Below the pieces are notes generated by a model that was given only the letters and a program-made list of their open reading frames with translations, was not told the DNA's origin and searched no databases. Source: Trichosphaerium sp. ATCC 40318 (taxonomy: Eukaryota > Protista > Tubulinea). From it: a DNA stretch of 64,000 nt. The translations under genes were made by a program, and so were the position numbers. The stretch is taken from NCBI GenBank assembly GCA_038496445.1, contig JALMLS010000076.1, positions 235,300-299,299 of the forward strand, read 5' to 3'. Positions 12,022 to 25,243 of the stretch are shown piece by piece. Position 1 is the first letter of the stretch; every line of letters starts with the position of its first letter.

Positions 12022-12394
12022 ATAAAACACAGGGCCACAGTATCAACTTGCTGCACGGAACTACAAGTGATGTCTACATAAGAATATTCTAATATTGCTT
12101 TGCAGTTAACGTGTGACATGACAGTGCTAAACCGACATTTCTAGAGTTGCCACTTGAGATATTAGCGCATATTCTACGCCAAACAACCACAACAAGATTT
12201 GCAGCTTGTCATACGTGTCACCTACTCTCTTCAATGATTCACGAAGTCATTGGGTACCATGAAATTGTAGTGACACCTGAACAAGCAAAAAGAGTTGTAC
12301 AACATGGTGCTATCTACTACTTGCAATTTGTTCATTTGTATCAAAGCAAGGTGTTAAAGAACTGTCTAGTATTTGTGAATGTATTGTGGGGTAA
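12022..12394 (+). pseudogene. F-box-LRR pseudogene with the LRR array deleted
   Basis: ~94% identical inverted copy of the 10199-10366 F-box segment; then, out of frame, a last-LRR-like segment LAICSFVSKQGVKELSSICECIVG*. Confidence 0.75.
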
Positions 12395-12775
12395 AAGTGT
12401 AATCGTAATCATTGTTTGGAGGATAATTGAGGTCAGGTCATAGCACTAGTTAACGTAGAATACCAAAATTTCATCAAAGGTTACCATTGATTTTGTTGAT
12501 GGAAGCGCAGACTACATTGTGATTTGGACATGAATCCTGTTTCTTGGATTCGTCCTTTTATTGCCACTAATCACAACTATATGTTTTGCTCTCACTTTAA
12601 ATTTCACGTGTTCAGTATTCATGCACGTGATAGCACGAATTTCAAAAAAGCTTTATTAGATGAACCACCTTATTGTTGTATCTCTCAAGTTACGTTACTA
12701 TCAAGGACCTAGTGACTACATAATTAAGCCATTTTGCTAAGCCAGGTTTGAATCAAAAAAGAGCCTCACCACACA

Positions 12776-15079
12776 ATGCACGTGGTTTTTGGTACGAATT
12801 AGTTTGCAGTTTATTTCGCATATTGACCGCTTTATAGTATCTCTAATATTGTTGTACCTATGCGTCTTAATGTCGTGCTCTACTATCACTGTAGATATAA
12901 ATGATACACCGATCTCAAAACCTATTCCACCCAACTTCGCTGGATTCTCGATGGAGGTAACACAACACGGCCTTCTTTGTTCATTTTATGCTTTTTGAAA
13001 TATCTATGGAAAAAGTGTTTGATATTTCTCCGTCTCCTTACAACTAACGTCTTTTTTTTCGTTTTAGGTAGGTTCTACAAAAACGATGGTAGGCGAGTAT
13101 CCTGCGCCACCTAAAGCGTCTTTTGTTCAATTGATTAAAAACTTATGCGTAACGGAAGGACAAAAAGGAACAATCATAAGGTGAATAGTAGTCTGCTAGC
13201 TGTTTTTTGTTGGCAGTGTCTTTGTTAAATCATCTTATACTGGATACCTCTTACTTAAACATTGATTTATAGTATTACTAACTTATTATAGAATCGGTGG
13301 CAACAGCGCTGATGAATCATGGTGCGGGAATAGCATTTGAGTTTTTCCGTTTTATTTGAAAATCATGAATTTTTCTAAACGAGTTCAAGGTGGAATCCTG
13401 AGAAGAAGCCAAGGCCTCCTGGTGTCGGATATGATATCTCAACTGTTGATCTATATTCTATCAATAATTTTGTAAAGACTTTTGATGGATCATGGGTACC
13501 TGGCGTAATATTCAGAGAAGTAAGTTCACTTTTCTTTTTTTTTCTCTCGTTAAATTTCTTATTTTTTCAAAAAGCCAAAAAACGCTTCTTGGGCTGTCAA
13601 TTATGTCAATGCTATTGATAAGTATGTTGGATGGGATCATGTAAGTGCAATTGAGATAGGTAACGAAGTCGACGTGTTTGGAGAAAACGGCATACGGTAC
13701 ATCTAATGAAAACGAATAGTTTACCCATGTAATTTCTTTTGCTTAGAGCAGCGAACTACTCCAACACAGAGTATATGACTGAGTTTAAGCTTTACGCAGA
13801 TACCATATATTCTGAGACTAAAATGCCTAAAAAGCATATCCAAGGAGCGACATACTGTTGCCGGCAAGCTTTCGAGGAAGGCACGTGATATCGGGGTTTT
13901 TTTCTTATCGTTTTTCTCCGTGAAAAGTTTTCTCTTCATCTATTCACTGTTTACAGGATTACCAAAGTACATGTCAACATACCAAGATCAGTTGAAGACA
14001 ATATCATTCCATAGATATCCTGAGACCACGTGCCATGGCTCCCATGCATCATTGGCTAGGTTAATGGAGGACTCTGCATCTCTCGGACAAGTACTTAAAT
14101 ACTCCAATGTACTACTTATCCAATACGCTTACTGTTCAAAGGCCACGGGCATGGAACCATACATTAAAGATGCTGCAAACCTTGGTCTTGAATATTATAT
14201 TGGAGAAACAAACTCAGTGTCATGTGGCGGACAGACTAATGTCAGGTACACTCAGCCTTATTTAACAATTGGTTTCGAAGTTTATTAATATCGTAAAGCG
14301 ATATTTTGGGTGCTGCAGTTTGGGGAGTTGATTACATGCTTAATTTCGCACTCGTAAGCCAAACGATTATTGATGAAGTTGTAGCAGGGTATGACTTAAC
14401 TACTTTTTTTTTAAGGTCGGTGCTGCAGGTGTTAATTTCCATGGTGGTCCAACTGCTACGTATGGTCCTGTTGATTTTGACTTTAAAGATAACAATATAC
14501 CTGATGTTAGACCATTGTACTATGGTATGGATATTTGTTTTATGTTTTTTTTTAAATTGAATGGATGTTTTTTTGTTAAAACCTTGTTTTTTAGCAATGT
14601 GGATTTTTGCTTCTGTTACCAGTCACAATGCCGAAATATTAGATACAAAGATAACCTCAGATGATAATTTAGTAAAGGTTTGGGGAATCAAGAAGCAAGA
14701 TAAGTACTACGCTGTCATTGTACACAAGAACTATTTAGGTAGGCTTTGACCTAAAGAGTGCAAGTGACAATTGTAAATGTAGGTGACTCAGCGACTGTTA
14801 CCATAAACCCTCCTGGTTCCAAACGTACTGAAAGCGCTCAACTAAAGGTTCTTGAAGGTAAGGATGGAGTGTATTCGAAATACGGTCTCAGCTTTGGAGG
14901 TACAATGTCAAACAATTCTAAAACCAGAAGAATTACACTTTCTGTTAGGACAAACATTTGATAATACAAAGGATGGTAACCCTATAGGCAAGTCAACATC
15001 TAAAGAAATTGAAGCCTCTGATGGAAGCTACAAAATTACGGTAAACCCAGCAACAGTGGCAGTACTAGAAATCCCTTAA
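12776..15079 (+). CDS. Secreted glycoside hydrolase family 79 (beta-glucuronidase/heparanase-like)
   Basis: Signal peptide MHVVFVSLILLYLCVLMSCS; FAGFSME, IRIGGNSAD, IEIGNEVD (acid/base), ISFHRYP, IGETNSVSCGG (nucleophile), AAVWGVDYML, GVNFH, RPLYYAM. Confidence 0.92.
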
Positions 15080-15327
15080 TATAGCTTCTATTCCTTTTTG
15101 CTTTTTTTTTTTCTCGTTTTTCTCACTTTGATACTACGAGCGTCTTATTTACAAGTATTTTAATCCCTCAAGAATCAGAATCCAGTGGATAATGAAACTT
15201 GAGTTTTTTTCTTACATAAAGTAACGAGGGAATCGGCAATCACGTTTTTATCAATGCGGGAAAAAATTTATTTAACAGAAAACTTTATGGAGGCATAGTT
15301 TTGGTTGTGTTACGCAACTTTACATGA

Positions 15328-17115
15328 TCAACAAGGGTAGTGCATTATACCGTCTGGCGTTGCGAGTAGTACAGTTAGATGACTTACACATTCCCGGAAG
15401 GAGTAAAAGTGACTGGTCATGAGGAAGCCAACAATATGACCGTTTTTAGGGTGTGTAGGATATCCACCATCGCCACCAAATGGTCCATGATGTCTTGATT
15501 TGCTTGTTATGAATGTTATTTTATCTATAATAGCGCCACGAATTACATCCACACGTGTAAGTCTTTCGTCGTCATCAAGAGATATTTTGTGGACTTCATC
15601 TCTGCTTGTTTTTTTTCCAGCTTCTATTTTGGGAAGATTAGCAAAACATGCGTTGTGGAATAACTTAATGTGCTTGAAAAAGGTTCAAAAATAGTGTAAT
15701 AACTACTAATAGTATAATTTTAAGTATTGTGATGTAAACCAAGCGGAAAGATTTCCCTTGAGGACCAGGAAATGATAAATGTTCGAAGTCATTATTTCAT
15801 ATTTTTCCAAAAAACTAAATTAAACAAAACCTTCACACTTACCCACAACTGTACCGTCACTGAATTTGAAACCTACATAATCCTTTAGTACTAACCTCCC
15901 TCTATAAAATAGCCAGTCGTTATTTCGTTTGGCAGAAGACAAAACACGTGTAAAAATCCAAAGTTGTGTTCTTTTAATGAAAGTAAAAACAAATAAGAAG
16001 GACTGCTGATGTGCGTACGAAGATAGAATAGGTATATTCCAGCAACAAGCTCTATTGTTGTTACTTTACGTTGTTTCTTTTGTAGCAAAGCCCATGGATC
16101 CTCCCAGAAAACAGGTATGTACATTATCCTGGAGAGAAATGCAACTTGTTGCCATTGTAAGTCAATCAAAAATTTTCCTTCGTGTTTGCTCATAAATCCG
16201 CCTACAAGCAATATTAAGGTCAATGTGGACACGTGATAAAAAATATAAGTTTTCTGAAGAAAAGAAATACATAATTATGCTTGTAACGCAAGCATTGCGT
16301 CTACTGAATAGTTCTTTCTAATGAAAAATAAAAAAACTTGCAAAAAAAATTTGATAAAAATTTGATACGTACGGTCCAGACGGCTTGGAAATACATACTC
16401 CACCTTCTTTCCTGTAGTGGTTTCAAATTCAATGGCTTCTATTGTGAAAAAACTGATTAGTGATGATTCTTTGGTGAAAAGATTTGTTTTTTCTGACAAT
16501 TGTGCAAAAAAATTCATGTTTCGCGTACTAACGGACTCATCATGCCAAAGATTAATTGAAACTATATCCTCGTTTTTAAGGAATGCTTTAACAACCTTAT
16601 TCTCAATAGAGCAATAATCAAATGTATTTACAAGCAGGAATAAGTCGTCTTCTTTCTTTTGAACTAAAATTCTATCTTTTTTTCGTATCATCGCGTTTGC
16701 CCTTCTTTTAAGTGCCTTTATCACGTGATTTTTTAGAAATCAACCCGAAAAAAAATTAAAAAGTTTAAACCATACCTTTCTCCATGAAAAATTATCTGAT
16801 GGCGTCACTGTAGTCGGAACTGTTTCCCTAAGACCAAAAACGTTAGTTTTCCAAATAAAAATAAAAAAAAAGTAGTTTAGCGCACCTTTCCCGAATTAAA
16901 ATAGTCTCGTATAAGTACCTCCATAGAGTATCATTTAACAACAGCTTATTGACGCAATGGCAGGTACGTCCAAAATTAAGTAACGAAGTAATATCATCAG
17001 CAAAGTATCCCGTAATATCCTCTAATATTTCTTTTGGTATAGACTCCAAAACACCGCTAGGTGAATAATATAAAACCGTTTCAGAAAAATATTGTTTGTA
17101 TTCTCTTTGGGCCAT
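15328..17115 (-). CDS. Multi-exon F-box protein with jacalin-like C-terminal region
   Basis: F-box LESIPKEILEDITGYF...LLNFGRTCHCVNKLLLNDTLWRYLY; IIDKITFITSKSRHHGPFGGDGG and IEAIEFETTTGK resemble beta-prism I lectin strands. Confidence 0.7.
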
Positions 17116-17728
17116 ATAAATTATACCAAATCAATCCTCTTATACTATATATAATACTTCTAATACCAATTAAAACAGAAAGCGAGGTGTTCGTCTTTTC
17201 TCTTTGTTTTGAAAAAAAAAACTAACAGTTTGCGTAACGGTGAGGCTCGCTATCGTTCTTATGCGTAATGAGGTTCTAACCTACAGGTAGGCCTTGGTTT
17301 GGATTTTACTATCCCTTTAAGCCAGCACTAGATCAAGTAATGTGGAACGCGTACGGATTTTCTATTACTCCACACAAACATTTCCTACGAAATATACGAT
17401 ACCGTTAGAAAGTCACGTGATAAAAGGAGTTTTGTACAAACAACCGTTAAGGTTGCACTTCTCAAGAAAAGGAAACTGTCAGATGTACCGTACCAACCTA
17501 GGAAGTAAGTGAGGTTGTTTTAGGGCCAGCCATTCAAATGAAACAAAAACAAGGGACAGTTTTGCTGCTTTAAAAAGTTTTGTGAGTTTTTGATAATAAT
17601 TATATCTTTGTTACGTAAAAGTGATTTACCGCGTACGACCAAGTTTCGAACACAGACTTGATTGCTCTCGCTTTATGACGACAAATTTCTGATCAGGGTT
17701 TTGATAAGAACGGCTACAGATATCAAGA

Positions 17729-19870
17729 ATGATCATAGAGATCAAAGGAATCATTCTATTAGCGTTTATAACAATTGTGGCCACGTGAGTTCCCAAATTA
17801 TCTTGTTTTGGGCATAACACTCTCTAGAGATTCTTTTACGCCAACTCAGTACCCAGTGATCAGTATTGGCGGCAGTGGAGAAAATATTATATCTACGTAC
17901 TCATATTATGGAGATATTGTGCTAGATGAGATGCAAAGCTTCTCTGCAAGGGTAGTTGGTACTAAAATCAAAAAATTTTTTTCGAGATGAATAAGAAAAC
18001 AATGTGAGAATTTTATCGGGACTAGTTTGATGTTCTTTTACAAAACACGTGCATCCAAACAAGAGTGACCTTTTCTCTTTAATTATTTTTTTATGAATCA
18101 ATTGAAAGTTGGGTTAAATAACATTTATCTCCTTAGAGCTGCTTTGTATTAAGTGTGAGGTTATAAGAAACAACTCAGTACAAATCACGGGTAAACTTCA
18201 AATTTTTTTTTTCTTTTTGCTTCTTGTTACAAACTGCATTTAGGTAATGCTGTTTTGGTTGATATAAGTGCGGATATTTGTGACGATAGTTGTGGTAGTC
18301 GCTTGGGTTTGTTTATGAGTAAGAAATTGAGCGATATGGGAGCACGAGCAGTGGTCTTTGTGACTGGTACGCAGTAGTTGAACAAAAAAAAGGTTCTAAA
18401 ATGCAAACAGAAAAGTTTGACGAGATAAAAATTCTACATCAAATGGGAAACGATATCATCGTAGCTTTTGTTAAAAACGATACTCAATTGTCTTCAGGAA
18501 TCTCAACGATAACATTCTTAGCTGCAGACAATCCTTGTACGTAAATGTTCTTTTTTCGAACAACATTTTTTTTGTTATGATTGCTGATGTTTGGGTTAGT
18601 CATCAGTCGATACAATGCGTTTGTGAGCACACAGCTCGCCTATGTTTGCTTGTTTTCAATATCATTCGGTCTCTTAGCAATTATGGGATTTATAGCAGCA
18701 GTAATTCACGTGTGGAAACACGTGATCCACAGGACAAGAGAAGTCGTGCATGTTGGAGATATGTACCTTCTAAGCTTCACACTAGGTTTTGCAACACTCT
18801 TTTCTTTGTGTACGTTTCCTTTTCTACCAACTAAACATACTAATTACGCATTGAAGTGAGGTTCTTCATTCATGCTATTGACTACGGAGCATATCAAGGC
18901 ATAATAAGCACAACTAAACGTGATTTAGTAGCCAATATTGCGGATACTTTTTTGGTGTCTGTTTACGTTGTTGTAGTAACATACTGGTGCGTTAACCATT
19001 TGAAGTGATTGCTTTGCGTTCAACTATATAAACCTTACCTTATTGGCTTATTAATGATGTGTTAATAGGGGACAATTAGCCACGTTCTCATCTCAGTTTT
19101 GGACACCAAAGCGCGTGCTTAGAGTGGGCTTTGTTTGTATCATTATATTCTATACTATCACACTTGGTATCTTTATTTTGGGTAGTACTACAAGTATTTC
19201 ACGCTCTATGACAGTTGCTGGATTTTTTGGGTTTATTACAGCTTTAGTATTAATAGTATCTATCGTACGTTGCTGTGTTTTTTTTCTTGAGAACCACTAT
19301 TTTTACAAAAAAATAGGAGTGACTGCTAGCTCTATAATATTCTGCTTTGTTGATGTTATTTTTAGAGTATTGGTTCTTATATACTATACAGAGTCAGGAT
19401 ACTGATAGGAAAATCAAATGGGGCTCGAAGAACATCTGAACTGTTTCTTAGAGTGCGTCAGTCTTAACTTTTATTTTGTAAAGTAGTACTATTATTGACA
19501 TCTTTTTAGATGACTGTCCTTATTACTGTAGAAGGAGTTCTCGGTACTTTTTATCTTCTAAGTCAAGTTGTACACTTATTCAAGAAGTACGGTACAATAC
19601 AAGGATTTCAATTTAAATACTGGATTTGGAGCACCTTGGAAGTATTTCTTATTTTTTTCATAATCTTATTCTTGGGGTATTTATTAATATTGCTTACTCG
19701 TTGCCTCTTTAATAGCTTTTATTTGTAGATTCCCAGAAATTGTTTGGTATCATAGGAGGGGCAAGACAAAAACATCTAAAGCAACATCATCAACTTCAAT
19801 GGGAGGTACCCCATCTAAATCCAAGTCCAAGTCAAAGCCTTCTTCTACAACACCATCAATTTCATTGTGA
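17729..19870 (+). CDS. Signal peptide + PA-like ectodomain + multi-pass (probably 7TM) membrane protein
   Basis: MIIEIKGIILLAFITIVA; GNAVLVD...KKLSDMGARAVVFV (PA-like); several hydrophobic exons; Ser/Thr/Lys-rich tail ending TTPSISL*. Confidence 0.7.
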
Positions 19871-20273
19871 TACACATGGATATTGTTTTTGTAGTTGTAA
19901 GTTCTATGTATTGAAGCTGTATTGTTGTAAGTTTGTATAAAGTTAATTTAAGGACTTTACGAATACTGTTCCCAAAAGGGAGACTTAACAAACCCAAACA
20001 CTTTTTTATCTGCAGAAAACTTTATTTGTTTCTTAGTAGCTTGTTAGTGTCGCAATATAACTCGATCTGTTACCTAACAGTTTTCTTTTTAGAAAGGTGG
20101 TTCCCATTACACCAGCTATATACATCATTAATACGGAGTAAAAGGTAGAGTAGAGCGAGAAAAGCCATTGCTAAGCCTCTTTTTTTTTGGACTGACACGC
20201 TACTAGGTAGGATACCACTCATTGTGGTTAATAAACGTTGATTCGTTGTAATATTATTTCGTTTCTTAGGTTC

Positions 20274-20520
20274 AAAGTTGATTGCTCTGAACAAGAGAAT
20301 GACCCAGAATGAAGGCGAGGATGAAAGTAGAAAACCCACATACACTCCCAGCAGCAAACAAAACATAAGGTCTATAAAACTTGTTGGAAGCTAAAAAAAA
20401 AACCAATCACCAACTCTGCCAGACTTTATCACGTGCCATAAACGACACAGAAACAAGAGAAGCAAGCCATTAAAAACTAACCAAGCACAAGCAATGAAAC
20501 TTGAAATTCCCTTTCAAAAT
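20274..20520 (-). CDS. Possible small membrane-protein exons or remnant
   Basis: Hydrophobic frames GISSFIACAWLVFNGLLLLFL and YVLFAAGSVCGFSTFILAFILG; gene model not resolved. Confidence 0.3.
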
Positions 20521-20963
20521 CAAGGAGAAGGGATACAGAGAACGCATTAGCAAAACATATCATATACAATGCTCCATAAACAGCTAGAGTTCGTGTTCGT
20601 CAACTTTTGAAATATACACCTAATCCAAACTCCCAGGTAGGTCAATTAGTGGCTAAAACGACTTGAGTTTTTCGACTTTGGGAAAGTAGTACCAGGGCCT
20701 TTATTTATTGAAAATAGATCCTCGGTCACATTGTAGACGCATAACATAGAACTGGCTATTTTCAATAATCAAACTGCTGAATACTGACATTGCTTTAATG
20801 TGTGACTAAATAAAGTGATACATTGATGTTCAAATTATTTGCCTTGGCAATAAATTGATTGATTGGCTTACTGACACAAATGTAGATTGTCATGACGTGC
20901 AAATTTATGTCATTATCTCGTTTTTTATATGACATAGTGCTTCATACCTTTCGTTTTAAGATG

Positions 20964-21902
20964 TCAAATAATGTGGTGAAATTTAACTTTTACGCCACGT
21001 TTTCTGAGCTCAAGTATTCTTTGCTCTGAAATACGGCAAAAAAGAACATGTAACACCTTGATACCTAACAGCGGAGCAATCCAATCATCTGTCGCTTTTG
21101 TACGTGATAAAATGACCGTGTGTGCACTAGCAAGACTCTTCATACAGCTCCTCCCAATATATTGACAATTCTGTAGATTAATGAAATGAACGCCAGCCAA
21201 CGCTGCCACTCCCTTGTCTGTCACTTTTGTACCACCTAAATATATGGTATGAACGCCAGCCAATGATGAAATACCCTTATCCCTGATTGACATGCAAAGA
21301 TTCAAGTCAATCGTATGTACACCTGCCAATAAAGATAATACATCATCTGTTATTCTTGAGTATGCTAGACGGATCGCAATATGTGGTATGACTGCTACAG
21401 CTTTAATGCCAACTCTTGTAAATCCGACAATACCATGGTTGTAGCCTTGATCCATAAAAACATCCTCCAGGTGTTTGACAACTGATACTATCCCAGAGTC
21501 TGTGATACCTTTACATTGCGATAAATGTAAACTGGTAATACCAGAAACAGCTTTTAAACCCAAGTCTGTAAGGTTATTATTCCTCTTAAGGTACAGTTTT
21601 TGAACACCAGAGAGAAAAGCGAGATCGCTATCACGTGCTTCTTTATATGATTCAAATGATATTTTGGTGTTTTTGAGAAGAGGACTTCCTGATAGACGCG
21701 AACAATCTAACGTTGATCGAACCTTGATAACGTTGTACCCGATATGATGGTGGATAATGTCAGATAATCGGTTACAAGTTTGAGAAACATTAAATCGATC
21801 AGGAACATCCACAAGGCTTAGTAAATGAGCGATTATCTCTGTAGGCATATCTAGTAGCTCGTAATCATTAAGTACATGTTTTAGGTTATCATGTGGCTCC
21901 AT
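20964..21902 (-). CDS. F-box + LRR protein (same family as 10669)
   Basis: LLDMPTEIIAHLLSLV..RFNVSQTCNRL F-box; repeats such as LAGVHTIDLNLCMSIRDKGISSLAGVHTIYLGGTKVTDKGVAALA; intronless ORF. Confidence 0.9.
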   Translation of the reverse strand: MEPHDNLKHVLNDYELLDMPTEIIAHLLSLVDVPDRFNVSQTCNRLSDIIHHHIGYNVIKVRSTLDCSRLSGSPLLKNTKISFESYKEARDSDLAFLSGVQKLYLKRNNNLTDLGLKAVSGITSLHLSQCKGITDSGIVSVVKHLEDVFMDQGYNHGIVGFTRVGIKAVAVIPHIAIRLAYSRITDDVLSLLAGVHTIDLNLCMSIRDKGISSLAGVHTIYLGGTKVTDKGVAALAGVHFINLQNCQYIGRSCMKSLASAHTVILSRTKATDDWIAPLLGIKVLHVLFCRISEQRILELRKRGVKVKFHHII

Positions 21903-22009
21903 AACACCTGTTGTACTCGGTAAGCACTAGTACCGAGAAATTATGATGGCTAGTCAAATGGAGTAAGTTGGGTGCCTGTCTTTGTTATTTCATAGAATAT
22001 TGGAAATAC

Positions 22010-22435
22010 ACGTTCCAACGTGTAAACGATTATCTGACACTATCCACCATCATATTGGTACAACGTTATCATAGTTCGATCAACGTTAGATTGTTCACGT
22101 CTATCAGGAAGTCCTCTTCTCAAAAACACCAGGTTATCATTTTGGTATTTCTCTCGTGCAAGAGACTCATATAACCTTGCTTTTCTTTCAGGAGTTACAT
22201 TTAAACTGGACCTCATTCGCAATAAGTATATCACAGATATTGGATTGCATTCATACATCTATCTTATTGTAAAGGCATCACAGGATCATGCATGAACAGT
22301 CTATCAAACGCATTATGTTAATCTACAAGGAACAAACGCAACAAATGATTGGGTGGCCTCACTTTTTGGTGTAAAAGTAATAGTACTATACCTGAGTATG
22401 TTGCTTCTTTACAAGGCGTAACAGTACATATCTAA
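22010..22435 (+). pseudogene. Inverted, internally deleted pseudogene copy of the 20964-21902 gene
   Basis: 22021-22131 is ~94% identical to the reverse complement of 21665-21776; later patches match the LRR and C-terminal parts; frameshifts. Confidence 0.85.
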
Positions 22436-22806
22436 TCAACATCAAACTATTGCTCTAACACGTGCACGGCCAAACAATTGTTCTTTGGGTCTGTATACAG
22501 AACACTGCCAATTGTACGTTTACACATAGTGTATAGGGACAACTTGATTGCGAATGTTCATGAAAGCTCAGTTTGTAAAAAAAAGTGACAAAAAAACAAG
22601 TACGTTAACACACAAGCCAAGAGCCTTCTTTTTTGTCTCCATTCATGAACCATGACACTTACTATCTCTTCCGTTTCTGAGAATAAAATACATAAAATTC
22701 TGATAACATGCAAGTAATTGTAAACCGATTGAATAAATTAGCAAAACTGACTTAACAATCATTGTAACAAAACGAAACGACACTAAAATAACAACTACTA
22801 AAGGAG

Positions 22807-25243
22807 ATGGACAGGTGGGGTGAAGATGCGGCATCAAACGAGCTTTACCCTGAAAATGAGACTATGCTCAAGTGTAATCCTATTTACACAGAGGTACTGC
22901 CATCTCTATGCCACTGTACATGGGTTGATAAGGTTTTTAGGACGTTTACATGGCTTGTAAAAGTGGAAACCTAAAACGCGTCCAATATCTTTGTGAGGTA
23001 TCACAAAATACTTTTTAACGCATCTAAATGGTTCTCGTGTAGGTTCAGGCTATTGATTTAAATAAACACGATGAACATGACGCAGTGCCCTTATTTTACG
23101 CTTGTTTATGCGGACACAAAGGTAAACCTCAAATTAAGTGTCATTAGATCATAACAAGCGACTTTCTTTCTTGAACCAAACTAACACCCGTTAAGCTGTT
23201 GTACGATATCTGCTTGACTCTGGAGCGCGTTTAGATCCCGGTACATACGATACAAAAAGATGTTATTACGGTTGTCTCACAAAAGGCATTGCTAGCATCT
23301 TGAAGAACTACAAAGGTATGTTCTCGTTATAATAGAAACAAACAGATAGCTTTAAAGCAAGTTTTGAGAAAATTACTCAAAAAACCTTTTCACGTTCTCT
23401 GAATGTCATGTTTGACACATTGTTTCCTCTTTTCTTGTCTATTGTATTTGTAGCATCTTTTATGCTATAGTTTTACTTATTTTCATGCTTCTAGCGACTA
23501 AGAATCTTGGTCATTTTGCTCAAATTATGAAGGATATTTTATCAAATAAGTCTTTCTCCGATTTTTCCTTTTTGGTCGATAATCAGACTTTCAAAGTACA
23601 CAAGTACGTACAAAATATAATTATGCTGACTTTCTATATCGTTTTAAACGATAAAACATTACACCACAACAGAAAAATGAACCTACAAAAGTATTTATCT
23701 TCTTTGTTTCTTCTTTTTTTTTTCTTTTTTCTTTTTTCTTCTGGTTCAACTCTACTAGTTCTCTCTTTCATTCTCTTGTTTATTTTCTAATATTTGTAGG
23801 TTTGTATTAGCTGCTCGTAGTGAATATTTAGCTTTACAATTATGTACAAGATGGAAAGACACAGATTGCGTCAAATTAAAGAGAATAAGCAAAGAAGTAA
23901 TGTCTGCTTTTTTGGAGTACTTATACACTGGTACCCGATAAATATTCTTAAATTTACAATCTCGACATTAATAACACATAATTAATAGAGGCGTTGAATA
24001 TTAGCACAGTTGATTTTGATGGCTTATGCGCATTGGCCAAGCAATGTATAAAAAAATCAAGTTTGAGCTCAGTAATTTTACTTTCTCTTTAGGCGGAATG
24101 AGCGACCTTATAGAGTCTTTGGAGAAAGAGAGACAAATGAGCGAAGGTCAAAATTTAGACAGGATTACTATACATCCTAAAGGCATCGAAGCTGGATCAG
24201 AGCTTTTGAAGGTATGAGGAGAGACCCAATAAGAATCGAAACTTTTTGGATACAAAAATATTTTATATCATGCTTGTTCTTCAAGTCTCTTTTAATTTAT
24301 GTTACTAGGCTATTTCTAAGACATATGTTTGTTGTATTGATAAAGAAGACAAAGTACCTGAAGCTTGTAAGATGTACTTCACGGATGTTTGCCTTGCTGT
24401 AGATGCACCTAACGTACTTTTTTTTGCTTTGTTTTTTTTTTTTGTTCTCAACAATAACACTCTTCTAGAGTACTTTTCAGCATCGATTTTATTGTCATAA
24501 GGCGCTGTTGTGCCAACGTAGTGAGTATTTTCGCGCGATGTTGGTGGGACACTTTAAAGAAAGCGCAGAGAAAATTGTGACGTACGTGCTCTTGTTTTGG
24601 GGTTTGTCTTAGTTTCTTCTTTCGTTTAACCGACTTTTCGCCTTCTCACATGTTTATCATAGACTCAATGATATCGAACCTGAAGTAATGTATATGGTTA
24701 TAGAGTATCTTTATTCTAACGATGTCAAGAAAGCGAATGCTGAAAAGGTAAACATTCAAATATTTTGGCAGTATTTTGTCATACTCGACCTTTCTTTTTG
24801 CTTAACAGTGACTGTTAGTTTGTGAGATTACTTGAAGTTGGACAAGCGTACCTCATTGATGACCTGAGAAAGTTTTCAATTGTGAACCTATGTAGGTTTA
24901 TCAGTGACGACAGTGTAATCGATTTGTTAAGGTAAACAAACAACTACAGTTTTTCATATTTTTTGTTCGGGACAAAAAAACTCCGCTATTGTCACGTGTC
25001 TTGACATTTCATTTTTACAGTTACACTATTTCACGCGCTTATATTATGAGTAGATTATCAGACATGTACAGTGCTGTACGATTACAAGATGAGTGTTTAG
25101 AGTACATTGAAGATCAATTCGATATTATGTACAAAAGAGAAGATTTTACTCAATTTTTGAAAGATGGAGGTGAATCTTTAGCACATATAAGCCTTCTTGT
25201 TGAAGAATACGAAGAAATACATAATACAAATTCTTCACAATAA
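22807..25243 (+). CDS. ABTB1: Ankyrin repeat and BTB/POZ domain protein (Cul3 adaptor)
   Basis: DVYMACKSGNLKRVQYLCE..VPLFYACLCGH..YLLDSGAR..RCYYG; two BTB domains (SDFSFLVDNQTFKVHKFVLAARSEY; FYCHKALLCQRSEYFRAML). Confidence 0.88.
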
